Source of the DNA: Squalus acanthias
Lineage: Eukaryota
Length of the DNA: 64,000 nucleotides
Direction: 5' to 3'
Assembly (NCBI GenBank): GCA_030390025.1
Contig: CM059430.1
Location: 61,566,001-61,630,000 of the forward strand
Part shown: one piece after another, positions 1 to 12,200 of the stretch
How positions within the stretch are numbered: position 1 is the stretch's first letter
How the letters are laid out: each line of letters begins with the position of its first letter
Program-made: the position numbers and the translations under genes
The notes under the pieces: model-generated
Database searches by the model: none
Told to the model about the DNA's origin: nothing
What the model saw: the letters and a program-made list of their open reading frames with translations, nothing else

Positions 1-219
1 TATATTGTTGGCCACGTCAATTGAGTTACCAAATAGAACTTTCTGAGACTGTCTGAACTTCGAATGCTGTTCGAACAGCTTTATACAAATGTAAAACAAA
101 CTCAAGCTGAGGAGAACAACCACTGGCCACAGAGCGACACAACAGTGATTAGATAATGACATGGTTTTCAAATCCTCACGATTATTGGATAAAGGAAAGA
201 CAGAACGATAAATAATTGG

Positions 220-1150
220 AGAAAATGCCGGAAATACTCAGTAGGGGAGGCAGCAGCTGTGGAGAGAGAAACAGATTCAACGGTTCAGGTCGGTGACCTT
301 TCGTCAGAACTGGAAAATCTTACAGCTGTAACAGGTTTTATGCAAGTACAGAGGCAGGGAAAGGGGGAGGAGAGGAAAGCACAGCAGTGTAGTCCTGTGA
401 TGGGATGGAAGGCAGGAGTGATTACATGAAAAAAGGGATGACGGTACAAGACAAAATCGGCTGGTAATGGGACAAGTAAAGAAATAATAGATATGTCTAG
501 AGGAGCTGTAAATGGCAACAAAAGAATCATTATCAGCAATTGCTGTCCGAAAAGAAATGGGAGCTGTGGTTATGATCTGAAATTGTTGAACTCGATGTTG
601 AGTCCAGAAGGTTGTAAAGTGCCTAATCGAAAGATGAGCTGCTGTTCCTCGAGCTTCCGTTGAGTTTTATTGGAACCCTGTAGGAGGCCGAGAGCAGAGA
701 GATCATAGTGGGAGTGGGACAGAGAATTAAAATGGCAAGCGGCCAGAAATTCAGCGTCATGCTTGTGGGCTGAATGGAGGTGTTCATCAAAGTGATCACC
801 CAATCTGCGTTTGGTCTCCTCAATGTAGAGGAGACCACAACAGAAAATGCAGGAAACACTCAGCCAGTCAGACAGCATCCACTATCTCCACGGATGCTGC
901 CGAACCTGACGAGTGTTTCCAGCATTTTCTGCTGGTATTTCAGATTTCCAGCATCCGCAGTATTTTGCTATTGTAGAGTAGTCCACATTGTAGCAAATAC
1001 AGTATACTAAATTGAGAGGAGTACAAGTAAATTGCTATTTCACCTGGAAGGTGTGTTGGGGCCTTGGATGGTGTGTAGGAGATGAATGGACAGGTGCTGC
1101 ATCTCTAGCGCTTGCACCGGGTAAGTGCTGTGGGAAGGAGAGCGGATGTA
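220..1150 (-). mobile_element. Penelope-like retroelement 3' fragment (GIY-YIG endonuclease remnant plus pseudo-LTR)
   Basis: ORF 570-878(-) LLYIEETKRRLGDHFDEHL...HFNS...RKLEEQQLIFRLGTLQPSGLNIEF resembles the PLE GIY-YIG C-terminus. Pseudo-LTR-type sequence at 220-310. A small inverted pseudo-LTR piece is inserted at about 838-971. Confidence 0.8.
268..310 (-). ncRNA. Degenerate minimal hammerhead ribozyme core in the Penelope pseudo-LTR
   Basis: The minus strand reads CTGACGA-A-AGGTC-ACC-GACCT-GAAC: CUGANGA box, perfect 5-bp stem II, and the GAAA box mutated to GAAC. Confidence 0.55.
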
Positions 1151-1189
1151 GGGCATAATTGAAGAGTGGCCCAGGGTGTCGCGGGGGTA

Positions 1190-2510
1190 ACATGGACATT
1201 TTAATTCTCCATCCCACTCCCACTTTAATCTCTGTCCTCTGCCTCCTACACTGTTCCAAAGAAGCTCAACAGAAACTCGAGAACCAGCACTTCCATTAGA
1301 CACTTTACAGCCCTCAATATTGACTTCCACGAATGCAGGTCATACCACTGCTCCAATTTTTTCGGACAACATGTGCAGGTAATGGTTCTGCTGTTGTAAT
1401 TTACACCTCCTCTAGACCCATCTTTTGTTTTTTTACTTTTACTTTTTTACTTTTCCGATTACCACACTTTTTGCCTTTCACCATCATCCTTTTTTTCATT
1501 TAATCACTCCTGCCTTCCAATCTTTCACGGACCTTCCCTTTTTTTCTTCCCTCCCTTTCCCCCTTTCACTGCCACTTACATAAAAGCTTAAATCGCTAAC
1601 TTTTTCCCGTCCTGACGAAAGGCAATCGAGCTGAAGCGGCCGCTTGGGAGCGGGTCAGCTGGTTTCCAGGTTCCAATACGGCCCCCAACTGCATCGGCGC
1701 ACAGACGTGATTTTACGTTAATTGGCCTTGTTAAGCCCACCCTGCGGGCTTGCCGGTCAATTAAGAGTAAGCCAGTCAGATGACGTCATTTGATGATGCA
1801 TCATCTGCCGGTTTTCTCCAAGGGAACACACACAATTTTTTTTGACTGATGATATCTCATTGTATGACAGCATTGAGCTGCTGCAAACACAGACAATCAC
1901 TGTACAAAGGTGACCACTTGCACCTAGGCACTCCAGTGACTCCACTCCTTATGATAGAACAGATGGCAGCTGCAGCTGAGATTACAGAAGCGATCTGTCA
2001 CTGGTGAGAGAGGTTCTCCCAATGAGGTGGGACTAGACATACAATTCAAAACTTGCTACTTACAGAAAAGTGAAAATGCATTAAAAATGAATTTCTCAAC
2101 ATTTTCTTGTCTCTGAAACTCACCAGTGCACCATTGAATCCTTCACACCACTTCTGCAGCTGTCATCAATGCAAAAACATTACGGCAGACTCACAACACG
2201 CCACACTTACCTGGCGTGGTGTCGAGATGTCGGGAAGCCCGAAGCAGAAGCGGCAAAATTGAAAAAGAGCCTGTTAACAAGTATAAAGTACCTGTTAACA
2301 GGCAGGTAAGTGGCTATAATCCATGCACAAATCGGCGATCCAGCACTTGGGAAGATTGATTGGAGTCGGGTTGACAGCGGGTTTCCTGAGCGCCATCTTA
2401 ATTCTGGCCAAATCTGTTTTTCTCCACAGATGCTGCCTGACCTGCTGAGCATTTCCAACATTTTCTGCTTTTATTTCAGAATTCCTGTATCCGCAGTATT
2501 TTTGTTTTTT
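1190..2510 (+). mobile_element. Second Penelope-like fragment in inverted orientation, split by a MITE
   Basis: 1190-1340 is homologous to the reverse complement of 570-750. Hammerhead box CTGACGA at 1612-1618. The pseudo-LTR resumes at 2412-2510 after the intervening element. Confidence 0.65.
1637..2410. mobile_element. Non-autonomous DNA element (MITE family C), left end eroded
   Basis: Ends in AATTCTGGCC. Shares the internal motifs GCCTGTTAACA...TTAACAGGC and TTAAGCCC...GCGGG with 56624-57457 in opposite orientation. Confidence 0.55.
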
Positions 2511-3241
2511 AACGGTAAGCAATTACCCGGTTATGAGACCCTGGAAAAGAACGAGTCGTTTGATGAGTCTGAAATTAAAAACAGCGAGAATATGGAAAGG
2601 AGAAAGAAATTCAGGACGCTGTGTTCTTATTTTGTATCAATGGAAGTGACTTTATAAAATATTAGTGTTGCATCCCAAACAAATCTTTATTGCTTCTGTG
2701 AATTAAAGGGAGGAGAGCGTTAATGTCACAGTGGTAATATTCTGATCCAAGCAGTGCAATTCAACCCCGCAGTTGCAGAAACGGAAGTGGACTTAAGAGA
2801 CGCTTATAGCACAAAAGGAGGGCATTTGGTCCATTGCTGGCTTAATGCTAGAGCAAACCCAAAACTAATTCCATCATCCTTTCGCTTCCTCCAACCGCTT
2901 ATCTTCTTCTGCTTCGAATATTTATTACCGTTTCTCTTAAAATCAGATTATGATTTTCGCTGTTATTCGGTGCTGTTGAAGGAGCAAAAGTACGTTTTAA
3001 TACATTTATTTGACCTACCAATTGCAAACACATTTTATACCATGAGCGAATCTAATTGAACGAAGGTCTGTTACGAAATCATATTTTAACAAGACAGAAC
3101 TGAATTTTCGCATATATGTGTACAATAAATATTAGGTTCCTGAAGTTCTTTAGAATAAACGTCCACATTGCGGGATTCAATGATTACAAAGAAAATGTGA
3201 ATCAGCTTTGTTTCCTGTATGCTTTATTTTTACAAAGCTTC

Positions 3242-3521
3242 TCAGGTGGACGTAAAAGATTCCATGACATTATTTCGAAGAAGAGCAGGGGATTTATCCC
3301 CGTGTCCTAGGCAATATTTATCCCTCAATCAACATCACTAAAACAGATTATCTGGTCATTATAACATTGCTGATTGAGGGAGCCTGCAGTGAACAAATTG
3401 GCTGCCGCGTTTCCTACATTGCAACAGTGACTATACTTCAAAATGTACTTCATTGGCTGTAAAGTGCAGTGGGACGTCCTGAGGTCGTGAAAGGCGCTAT
3501 ATAAATGCAAGTCTTTCTTTT
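3242..3521 (+). mobile_element. DeuSINE-type SINE (SacSINE1/AmnSINE-like), 3' part
   Basis: Deu-domain-like text (caggtggacgtaaaagat..., caaattggctgccgcgtttcctaca) and tail gtgaaaggcgctatataaatgcaagtctttcttt. Recognised from memory of these consensus families. Confidence 0.7.
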
Positions 3522-4082
3522 CCTTATTGAGCCACCTGCTGAAATGGAGGCATTCCTGGAAATGGAGAAGGGAAGCTAGATTTTTACATGAAGAGAGGAA
3601 CAGATTGCAATACATCCACAACCTGGGTTGAAGTTTCTCCAAGCACTTGAAGTAAAGACTGGATTCCAATGGTACCCTGTTATAAACCGTCTGGGCATCC
3701 TTTGTAAATGAGAACTAGTTTCTGTCTTAGACAGCTGTAATCGTGAGAACTGTAGTATGGATTCCATGCTTGTCTTTGGGTAGGGAGAGGAGTGCAACAC
3801 AGAAGGAAGAAGTTTGCGAAAGTAGGGACTGGCGCTACTTTGTTCATTTTTTTTCTTGCTGTGGCAGTCCACATCTAATGAGGACAACGGGGTTTGGAGC
3901 AACTGTGTAGAGCAATATTGCTGAGATTTACGATAGGCTTTGCAAAGACATGGACTGTTTATGGACTAAAACAAGGAAGCAAGTGCCTTAAAACTGGCAC
4001 TGAAATTATGAGGAATATTTGGCACATATTTAAATTAAATGTGGGGAAAAAGGTAGAACAATCAACATTTAATTTTCTAAAA

Positions 4083-4162
4083 AAGCAAATACCGCAGATG
4101 CTGGAAATATGAAATAAAAACAGAAAATGCTGGAAATACTGAGCAGGTCAGGCAGCATCTGT
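4083..4162 (-). mobile_element. Penelope-like pseudo-LTR fragment
   Basis: gcagatgctggaaat...aaatgctggaaatactgagcaggtcaggcagcatctgt matches the copies at 220-260 and (reverse complement) 2420-2505. Confidence 0.65.
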
Positions 4163-4544
4163 CGGCTGTTTGGAACAGTTGTCCAATTAGTCTCCCTCCC
4201 TGCTCTTTCCCCGTAGCTCAGCAATTGTTTTCTTATTTAATTAATAAATACATTAATACTTGTGTGTATGTGTGCGTGTGTTTATAAGAACAGAATCATA
4301 GGCAATATGTTCTTAAAGTAGAATCTGTGCCTTACTCCTATAATGTTATAAAGGGAAATACTTGCACCCTAACTTGTCTTCCATTCAACCCTTGTTTTGA
4401 TGATCAACTGCTGAATACAGGCAGCCTGTGAACAGACGACTTATCTGGAAGTACCTCCATAGTTATGTTCCAGATAAATCACTCTTGTCTGCATCGTAAA
4501 CAGGATCCATCGCGTCTTCTTCCTCATCCTTTCCCCACAAATCA

Positions 4545-4854
4545 TGGGCAGACATGGTGGCATAGTGGTTAGCACTGTTGCCTCGCAGCGCCAGGGGCCT
4601 GGGTTCGAATCCGGCCCCGGGTGACTGTCTGTGTGGAATTTGCACATTCTCCCCATGTCCGCGTGGGTTTCCTCCGGGTGCTCCGCTTTCCTCCCACAGT
4701 CCAAAGATGTGCGGGTTAGGGTAATTCGGCTATGATAATTTGACCCTTAGTGTTAGGGGGATTAAATACGGGGATAGGGTGGGATATGTGTCGGTGCAGG
4801 CTCGATGGGCCGAAATGGCCTCTATCTGCACTGTGGGGATTCTGTGATTCTGTG
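4545..4854 (+). mobile_element. Full-length tRNA-derived V-SINE (HE1-like)
   Basis: A box TGGCATAGTGG, B box GGTTCGAATCC, V-domain text (gtgggtttcctccgggtgctccg...ttcctcccacagtccaaaga), CR1-type tail with (GATTCTGT)n. TSD AAATCA at 4539-4544 and 4855-4860. Confidence 0.9.
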
Positions 4855-5539
4855 AAATCAGAATATTGTCCAATTCATCACATTTGTTGCGCTTTTTAAC
4901 TATAGTTTCAATTAGAGACCTGTCTTCTGCCCAGTGTCCTTTTGCTGAGGTGGTTACGGGGCGTGTCATGATGTTCCTGAGGAGAACTACGCAAAATCTC
5001 CTCCATGATCGCCTCCCACCTGCAGTTCGAAGGTGCAACACACGGTACACACCTGCTGTTTGATCTAGATTTTGTATAATGTCGATAAATATAAAGAATG
5101 GATCAGATATAGCGTCTTCAGGCGAAGTGATTGTACATTCTAGATGTTTGGAAATGTTACAGGGCAAATATGACGTTAAGTTGCGGTTCAATGTGACCTT
5201 TACACGTATGCGGCGCTTTCGCAGGCTTTTGCAAAGAACAGAGCTAAATTTAATACTTAAACTGCTGCTGTGTGGAGGTGAATTGATGAGCCACATTCTT
5301 CGTTTAGCTGGAGAACGTGATGCGCTCGTGTCACTATTTCCGAACATGTTTAAGTACTGCAAAAACCACACGGTCAAAACCTTCGTTATTTCCTGACATT
5401 TCATCAGACTACGTGATAAGTCGAACATACAGACATTTCACGCTGCTGTATCTGAATTGCTTATTATTCCGGTATCGGGTTATTAAATTAATCCTTACCC
5501 CAATTATATATTCTCCAACTTGAAACGGTTGGTCGGTAA

Positions 5540-5800
5540 CCATAGATCACATATTTGGAATAATTGGCAAAAGAACTAGAGGGTAAATTAGGTAAATTGT
5601 TTTAATTCAGAGGTTTGTTAAGATCTGGAATACACTACCTGAAAGTATGGTGGAAGCAGTGTCCATAGGAACTTTCAAAAGGCAATTGGAGATGTACTTG
5701 AAGAGGACTAATTTGCAGGGTACTGAGGAAAACACTGGGGTGCGGCACAAAGAGCCGGCACAGGCACACCCGGCCGAATGGCCTCCTTCTGATCTTAAGA
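5540..5800 (+). mobile_element. Old CR1 3' end fragment
   Basis: Diverged match to other CR1 tails in the window (atctggaatacactacctgaaa...gtggaagca...ggccgaatggcctccttct). Confidence 0.6.
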
Positions 5801-6138
5801 TACGCAGTGATCGCCCCCCCCCCTCCCCCCCAGTCCGATAGATCCGGAAATCTCTGTAATCAGGGAAATCGGCAGAAACTTTGGCTCTTCCGCAGTAAGT
5901 ACGCTGTTAAATTCCGTACTAAAAGTTAGACCAAAAGGGATTAAGTATAACTGGGGTTTTTGACTGCATTATTAATGCTAAACAATTTTGTGCACCCCCA
6001 GCAAACACCCACCAACAATCTCTACCTAGTAACACTCACCCACATTTCACACCTTGCACACAATCACAGCTATTCAACTATGGAAGGCACAACACCAAAA
6101 CACATTACTCCACACTCACTCACAATCTTTACTTTATC

Positions 6139-7440
6139 TTGCAGGCCAAGGTGGCTCACAACAGTAGGGACAGGAGCGCACAGGAGGGGGACAAGCCGAC
6201 ACCCAACCACTGTCTGCACTGGAGAATCGAGTGCTGTAGATCATTGGGCGCCAGGTTGTGGGCGCCATGGCGACCAGTGACGTTGACCCCCTTCCTGGCA
6301 TTTCTCCCTTCCTGCTCCCCTCTCCTCATCTTAACCAGACACTTGTGCCTTTATGCTTTCAGATAATCAACAAGCACCTGAGCAGCTTGTCCCTGAGGGC
6401 ACCACAGAGAGCGAGGCGGGAGAAGAGGAGGAGGAAGAACACACTGCATCTCTCCCCCGAGACACCAGCTGAGATACTTGCACTACGTGTTCTTTAGAGG
6501 CTAGTATAGGGCGAGGTACTGGGGACGAGTGGGCTGCAACAAGGCCAAGGGGAAAGGGTAGCTTGGGGCTCAGCTCCCCAGAGGGAGAGTTCAAGCGTGA
6601 GTTCTGCTGCACAGGATTCAGATGAGGACCTCGATGGGGAGGCCTTTAGAAAAAGGGTGTTGAGCATGCACACAGCAATGATAGGTGCAATGGTAAGAGT
6701 GCCCGAGAGCCTCTTGGCAATGGTAAGAAGCATGGAGTAGTCCACCTCCAACATTGCACAAGGCTCTGCACATACTATGGAGCCCATTTTTTCCAGTCTG
6801 CAAAGGCTGGTAGACTCTCAGAGAGACCATGGTGACCCAGACCTGATGCTGCGTGTGATCAGGCGATCTGGCAACTTCCATTGCTGCACAGGCGGAAGTG
6901 ACACAACATCTTAGTGTTGTAATGCAGTCTTGCTGTGGCATCCAATCTCAGACTGCTCTCATGCAGTCTCAGCTTGATGCCTCGCAAGATCTGACTGCTG
7001 CCATCGTGGCTGGGTCTACCACCGTCGACCAGGGGCTTTCATGGTGTTGCAGCAGGCCAGCAATCTGTGCTCTAACAGATTGCTAGCGTTGCTGAGGTGC
7101 TGCGCCGGGGTAGTTGCAGTGGGTCAGTGGAGCAGGAACCTGCTGTCATCTCTCAGGATGACAGCATTCCTGTTCCCACCACTGCCAGTCTGCCATTGCC
7201 CTTGTTGCTGCCTATCATCGAGCCAGCCCAGACTGCTGAGGTGGTGCAGTCTACAGCCAGGCCTTGCAGGTCCAGAGCTGGTCGAGGGCTTCCTGCAAGG
7301 CCATCTGAAGCCTTCTGCACGGACGCTTAGCAGCCTTCCACTAGCCCTGCTGCAGCCACTGGGCCATCACTTAATAGGAGCACTAGAGTAGGCAAAGGCA
7401 CAGTAAGGAAAGGAACTAAGGGATTGTACAAGGCTGAACA
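6139..7440 (+). pseudogene. Decayed Harbinger second gene (Myb/SANT-like DNA-binding partner), spliced remnants
   Basis: Acceptor atcttgcag| followed by AKVAHNSRDRS, typical of the post-Myb segment. Acidic and low-complexity segments with frameshifts follow, converging on the transposase remnant. Confidence 0.5.
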
Positions 7441-7601
7441 GTTAATATTTCTGGTGTAAATATGTGTTCACTGATTTTTGATAAATGTATTAATACTCTT
7501 ACCATTCTTTTGTGGTGTCTGTCATTTCAGCTTTGCGGTATCATGCGGCCTGCGAGAGGGATGGAATGATAGGGATGTGGTAAGCAAAGGGGACACGGGC
7601 T

Positions 7602-7880
7602 TTAAGTCATCCTGGTGTGAGGCTGAAGGTCTGGTTGGAGGAGGTGGCAGAGTTCTGTGACCACCTTCTTGGTGAGGCGGAGCCGTCTAATACTCTGCTT
7701 CTCGATTAATTGAAGGTAGGAGAAGTGCTCTCAGAATACCCTCGGAGGGTAAGGCTTCCTGGTGAGAGCCCTGAAGTTCCTCCGCATCTCTCTGTGCACA
7801 CGTTCCCATGTTTCTCGCTGCCGACGCTCCCTCTGCTGTAGATCCTGCAGGGCGAGGTGGCATGCCAGTACAGCCCCCAT
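7602..7880 (-). pseudogene. Harbinger transposase (HARBI1-like) N-terminal fragment
   Basis: Manual translation from ATG at 7880: MGAVLACHLAL...RKPYPPRVF*EHFSYLQLIEKQSIRRLRLTKKVVTELCHLLQPDLQP. There is an internal stop at 7731-7733 and the DDE core is missing. Confidence 0.7.
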
Positions 7881-9299
7881 TAATGTTACCAAGTGTAGCA
7901 GTTTGAATCTTTGAAGAATAAATGTAGCTACTTTTTAGTTGCCAGAAGACTCCTGATACAAAAGAACCTTCAAATTACTGAATGAAACTGTTGCAGTGGG
8001 TGAAACTGACAAGAAACCACTGAAACTGCACTAACCTGACAGCTGCGAGTCATTACTGATGAACCCTTTAAATAACGTTCCTGGAGCCGGCTTCCTGGTG
8101 CTTCACACCAGCTCTCCCTGTTGGTGTTTACTCCAGGTGCTGAGGTAGGTGGCAAGAATACATTTAGCAAATTGGACAGTCAGTGAGCGTTCCACACTCA
8201 CTGATGTCATGATATACCTGGCTTTGACGTTCCTGGTGATACCTCCGGCGGTGCTACGTGGGGGTGGGGGGAATGGTGGGGATTTGGCATGTGGCACTGG
8301 ATTTGCCTCGCCACGGCGATACTCGTCTAATGCCCCATTAGCACCGTCTACTAGCGCTAATGGGAGGCGCTAAGGGGACGTATATTTCCTCCCAGGTGTC
8401 TATTGGAAGTTTTGTAGCTTTAGAATGGAATCTGATTAAGCAGCATTCAGGCAGCCCTGAAATCTGGGAGCATTCGGAATATCAGGGTTTTAAAATTATT
8501 TGGATGGGATCTAGCTGTATTTTGAGGGTCTCGGAATCTGACAGAATTGAGAGAGAGCCCAAGTATTCTGGAAACATTAGACTGCTTCTGGCAATACTGG
8601 TGCAGGACCTGCCATACTGTGATGACTGTGTTAGATAGATGTTGGCTTTCACTCAGGGTCTAGCAGTAATGATGGCATTTGCAGGATCAGGGAGCTTTGA
8701 AAATGTGGTTGAAGGTTTTGGGAGCAGTGTCAGGGGTTCCCAATATCTTAAAGTTTGGTCAGAAACCCCAAGAAGAGGAACCATGTCGTCCAACAGGAAT
8801 GAGGCAGAGGTTTGGGAGCATTGGGGGAACAGACCTGTGCACTATTTGATACTGTTTAGAGCCGGTAGCAATAGGGAGCAAGCTCTAGCAGCCGTGTAGG
8901 AGATGGGGGCTCAGAGGAATAGGACCTAAACTGCCCTTGTTCCCTTTCAAACCATCAGACCACAACTTACCACTATTGTTCTGGCTTTTAGCCTGCTCCA
9001 CCAACAAAACTACATGTCCTTTTGTACCCTTAGGCACCCACTACAATTTTCCCCGTTGTCAGCCAGTATCTGCCTTAAAGCACCTAAATATATCTATTCT
9101 ACTTCTTACAATGATTGGGCACCATAGAGAGGAGGTGCACAATTTCATAATTTTCTCTCTCAGCCTATGCCCGAAGCACAAGCATGACAAGTTCGTCCTT
9201 TAGTGTGCATGTCATCTTACAATCAATAAAATTTCACATCGAATGCCCCAGTCTTTCAGCCAGTAACACCATTTCTCTAAGCTTTTTGCCAGTCTATTG

Positions 9300-12200
9300 C
9301 AGAAGCAGAGGCGGATAAAAGAAGGACTCGAAAGCGAGAGAGCTGAGCTAAGCGAGATCGGAGACAGATAAAAGGAGGACTCGAGAGCAAGAGAACTGTG
9401 CTAAGCACAGGCAGAAACTCGAAATAGGAGTGACAGGTAGAGAATTGGTTGGTGAGCCTTACCTTTTTCTTTTTCTCTCTCTAAGTTAGGGGAGTGGATT
9501 AAAATAAGAAGCTTAGTTATTGGTCTAATAAATAGAGGCATGGCAGGGCACTTCAGTTCCATCGAATGCAAATCCTCTGCCATGTGGGAAGTCCAGGATG
9601 CTTCTCGTGTCCTGGACAGTCACTTGTGCAGGACGTGTCATCAGCTGCAGGAGCTCGAGCTCTGCGTTTCGGAGATTGAGCATTGGCTGTCGTCTCCTGT
9701 GACCACCTCCTGAAATGTGCTATCCACGAGGCTGAGAGCTACATGGATAGCACGTTTCAGGAGGTGGTCAACCTGCAGCTTAAGAGTGTGCAGGCAGATA
9801 GGGAATGGGTGACAACCAGACAGACAAGGAGAACCAGGCAGGTAGTGCAGGAGTCCCCTGAGTGCTTCTCGCTCTCTAACCGGTATTCAATGATTACTGG
9901 TGAGGGAAATTGTTCCTTTGGGGAGTTCAGCCAGCGCCAAGTCCATGTGGGTGGCTCAGCTGTACAGGGAGTGGGTGGGGGACGGGGTGGGGTGGGGGGG
10001 GGGGGGCGCTGGCGGTGGTGGGAGAGAACATGAGAACATAAGAAATAGGAGCAGAAGTAGACCATTTGGCCCTTCGAGCCAGCTCCACCATTAAAAATGA
10101 TCATGACTGATCTTCTACCTCATCTCCACTTTCCTGCACTATATCCCTTGATGCCCTTAATATTCAAAAATCTATCGCTCTCTGTCTTGAATATACTCAA
10201 CGACTGAGCATCCACAGCCCTCTTGGGGTAGAGAATTCCAAAGATTCACCACCCTCTGAGTGAAGAATCTCTCCCCAGCTCAGTCCTGAAAGGCCGAACA
10301 CTTATTCTGAGACTGTGACCCCTGGTTCTAGACTCTGCAGCCAGGGGAAACATTCTCCCTGCATCTACCCTGTCAAGCCCTGTAAGAATTTTGTATGTTT
10401 CAATGAGATCACCTCTCATTCTTCTAAACTCTCGAGAATATCGGCCTATTCTACTCAATCTCTCCTCATAGGACAATCCCCCCATCCTAGGAACCAGTCT
10501 GGTGAACCTTCGTTGCACGCCCTCTATGGCAAGTATATCCTTTCTTAGGTAAGGAGACCCAAACTGTATACAATACTCAGGTGTGGTCTCAACAGGGCCC
10601 TATATAATTGCAGTAAGACATATTTACTCTTATACTCAAATCCTGTTGTAATAGAGGCCTAATTGGTTTCCTAATTGCTTGCTGTACCTGCATGTTAAAT
10701 TTCAGTGATTCGTTAACAAGGACACACAGGTCTCTCTGAACACCAAAATTTCCCAATCTCTCACCATTTAAAAATACTCTTCTTTTCTATTTGTCCTACC
10801 AAAGTGGATAACTTCACATTTCTCCACGTTATATTCCATTTGCCATAATCTTGCCCTCGCACTTAGTCTGTCTATATCCCCTTGAAGCCTCCTTGCATCC
10901 TCCTCACAACTTACATTCCCACCCAGCTTTGTATCACTGGCAAACTTGGATATATTACATTTGGTCCCCTCATCCAAATCATTGATGTAGTTTGTGAGTA
11001 GCTGAGGCCCAAGCACTGATCCTTGCGGTACCCCACTAGTCACAGCTGGCCAAACCGAAAATGACCCGTTTGTTCCTTTTGTCTGTTTTCTGTCCGTTAA
11101 CCAATCCTCAATCCATGCTAGTATATTACCCCCAATCACATGATCCCTAATTAACCTCTTGTGTGGCACCTTATCGAATGCCTTCTGGAAATCCAAATAC
11201 ACCACATCCATTGGTTCTCCCTTATCTATTCTGCTCGTTACAACCTCAAGAAACTCTAACGGATTTGTCAAACATGATTTCCCTTTCATAAATCCGTGTT
11301 GACTCTGCCCAATCCTATTATTATTTTCTAAGTGCCCTGTTACCACGTCCTTAATAATAGATTCTATCATTTTCCCTACTACTGATGTCACGGAGGTCAG
11401 GAAACCAATAGTAATAGGGGATTCAATAGTTATGGGATCAGACAGGCTTTTCTGCAGCCGCAGATGTGATTCAAGGATAATATGTTGCCTCCCTGGTGTC
11501 AGGGTCAAGGATGTCACTGAGCGGCTGCAGGACATTCTTCGGGAGAAGGGTGACCAGCCAGAGGTCGTGGTCCATATCAGTACCAATGACATAGCTAGGA
11601 AGAGGGATGAAGTCCTGCATGCAGATTTTAGGGATCTAGGTAAAGATTAATAAGCAGGATCTCAAAGGTTGTAATCTCTGCATTAATCCTGCTGCCACAC
11701 GGTAGTGAGTACAGAAATAGGAGGACGGAGTAGATGAATGCCTGGCAGGCGAGATTGTGCAGGTTGGAGGGCTTTAGATTCTAGAGGCATTGGGGTCAGT
11801 TCTGGCGTGGGTGGGACCTGTACAAGCCAGATGGGCTGCACCTCATTAGAGTTGGGACCAATATTCTTGTGGGGTTCGGGGGTGGGGGGTGGGGGTGTTG
11901 CTGGTGCTGTTGGGGTGGTATAAACTTGCTTTGCAAAGTGATGGAACCTGAGCGTAGATTCAGAAGGGAGAGAAGCAAACCTGGAGGTGGCTGGCTGAAA
12001 AATAGTAAGCGAGTTTGGAATGCAGAGGAAACAAAGGCCAAATATAGAGAAGAAGGGAGTTCGGCCTAATGGTATATACTGCAATGCAAGGAGTGTAACG
12101 AATACGGGAGATGAGCTGAGGGCACAGTTCGAAGTGGAAGTGGAAGTATGATATCATTGCTATTCCTGAAACATGGCTTAAAGGAGGGCAGGAATGGCAG

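Larger units (their letters stand above)
5950..8391. mobile_element. Internally deleted PIF/Harbinger DNA transposon
   Basis: Two convergent decayed genes: Myb/SANT-partner-like remnants on + and a HARBI1-like transposase N-terminus on -. The right end (gcgctaatgggaggcgc...atttcctccc) matches the terminus of the MITE at 55791. The left boundary is uncertain. Confidence 0.7.

Noticed and set aside
2527-2568. Possible 42-nt - strand exon after a strong pyrimidine tract
   Set aside because: It is isolated, encodes no recognisable peptide, and cannot be linked to other exons.
4546-4620. tRNA gene
   Set aside because: The A and B boxes belong to the head of a SINE with body, tail and TSD.
10768-11592. 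274-aa ORF as a single protein
   Set aside because: It is a chimeric frame spanning the junction of a - strand RT fragment and the antisense of another CR1's ORF1.
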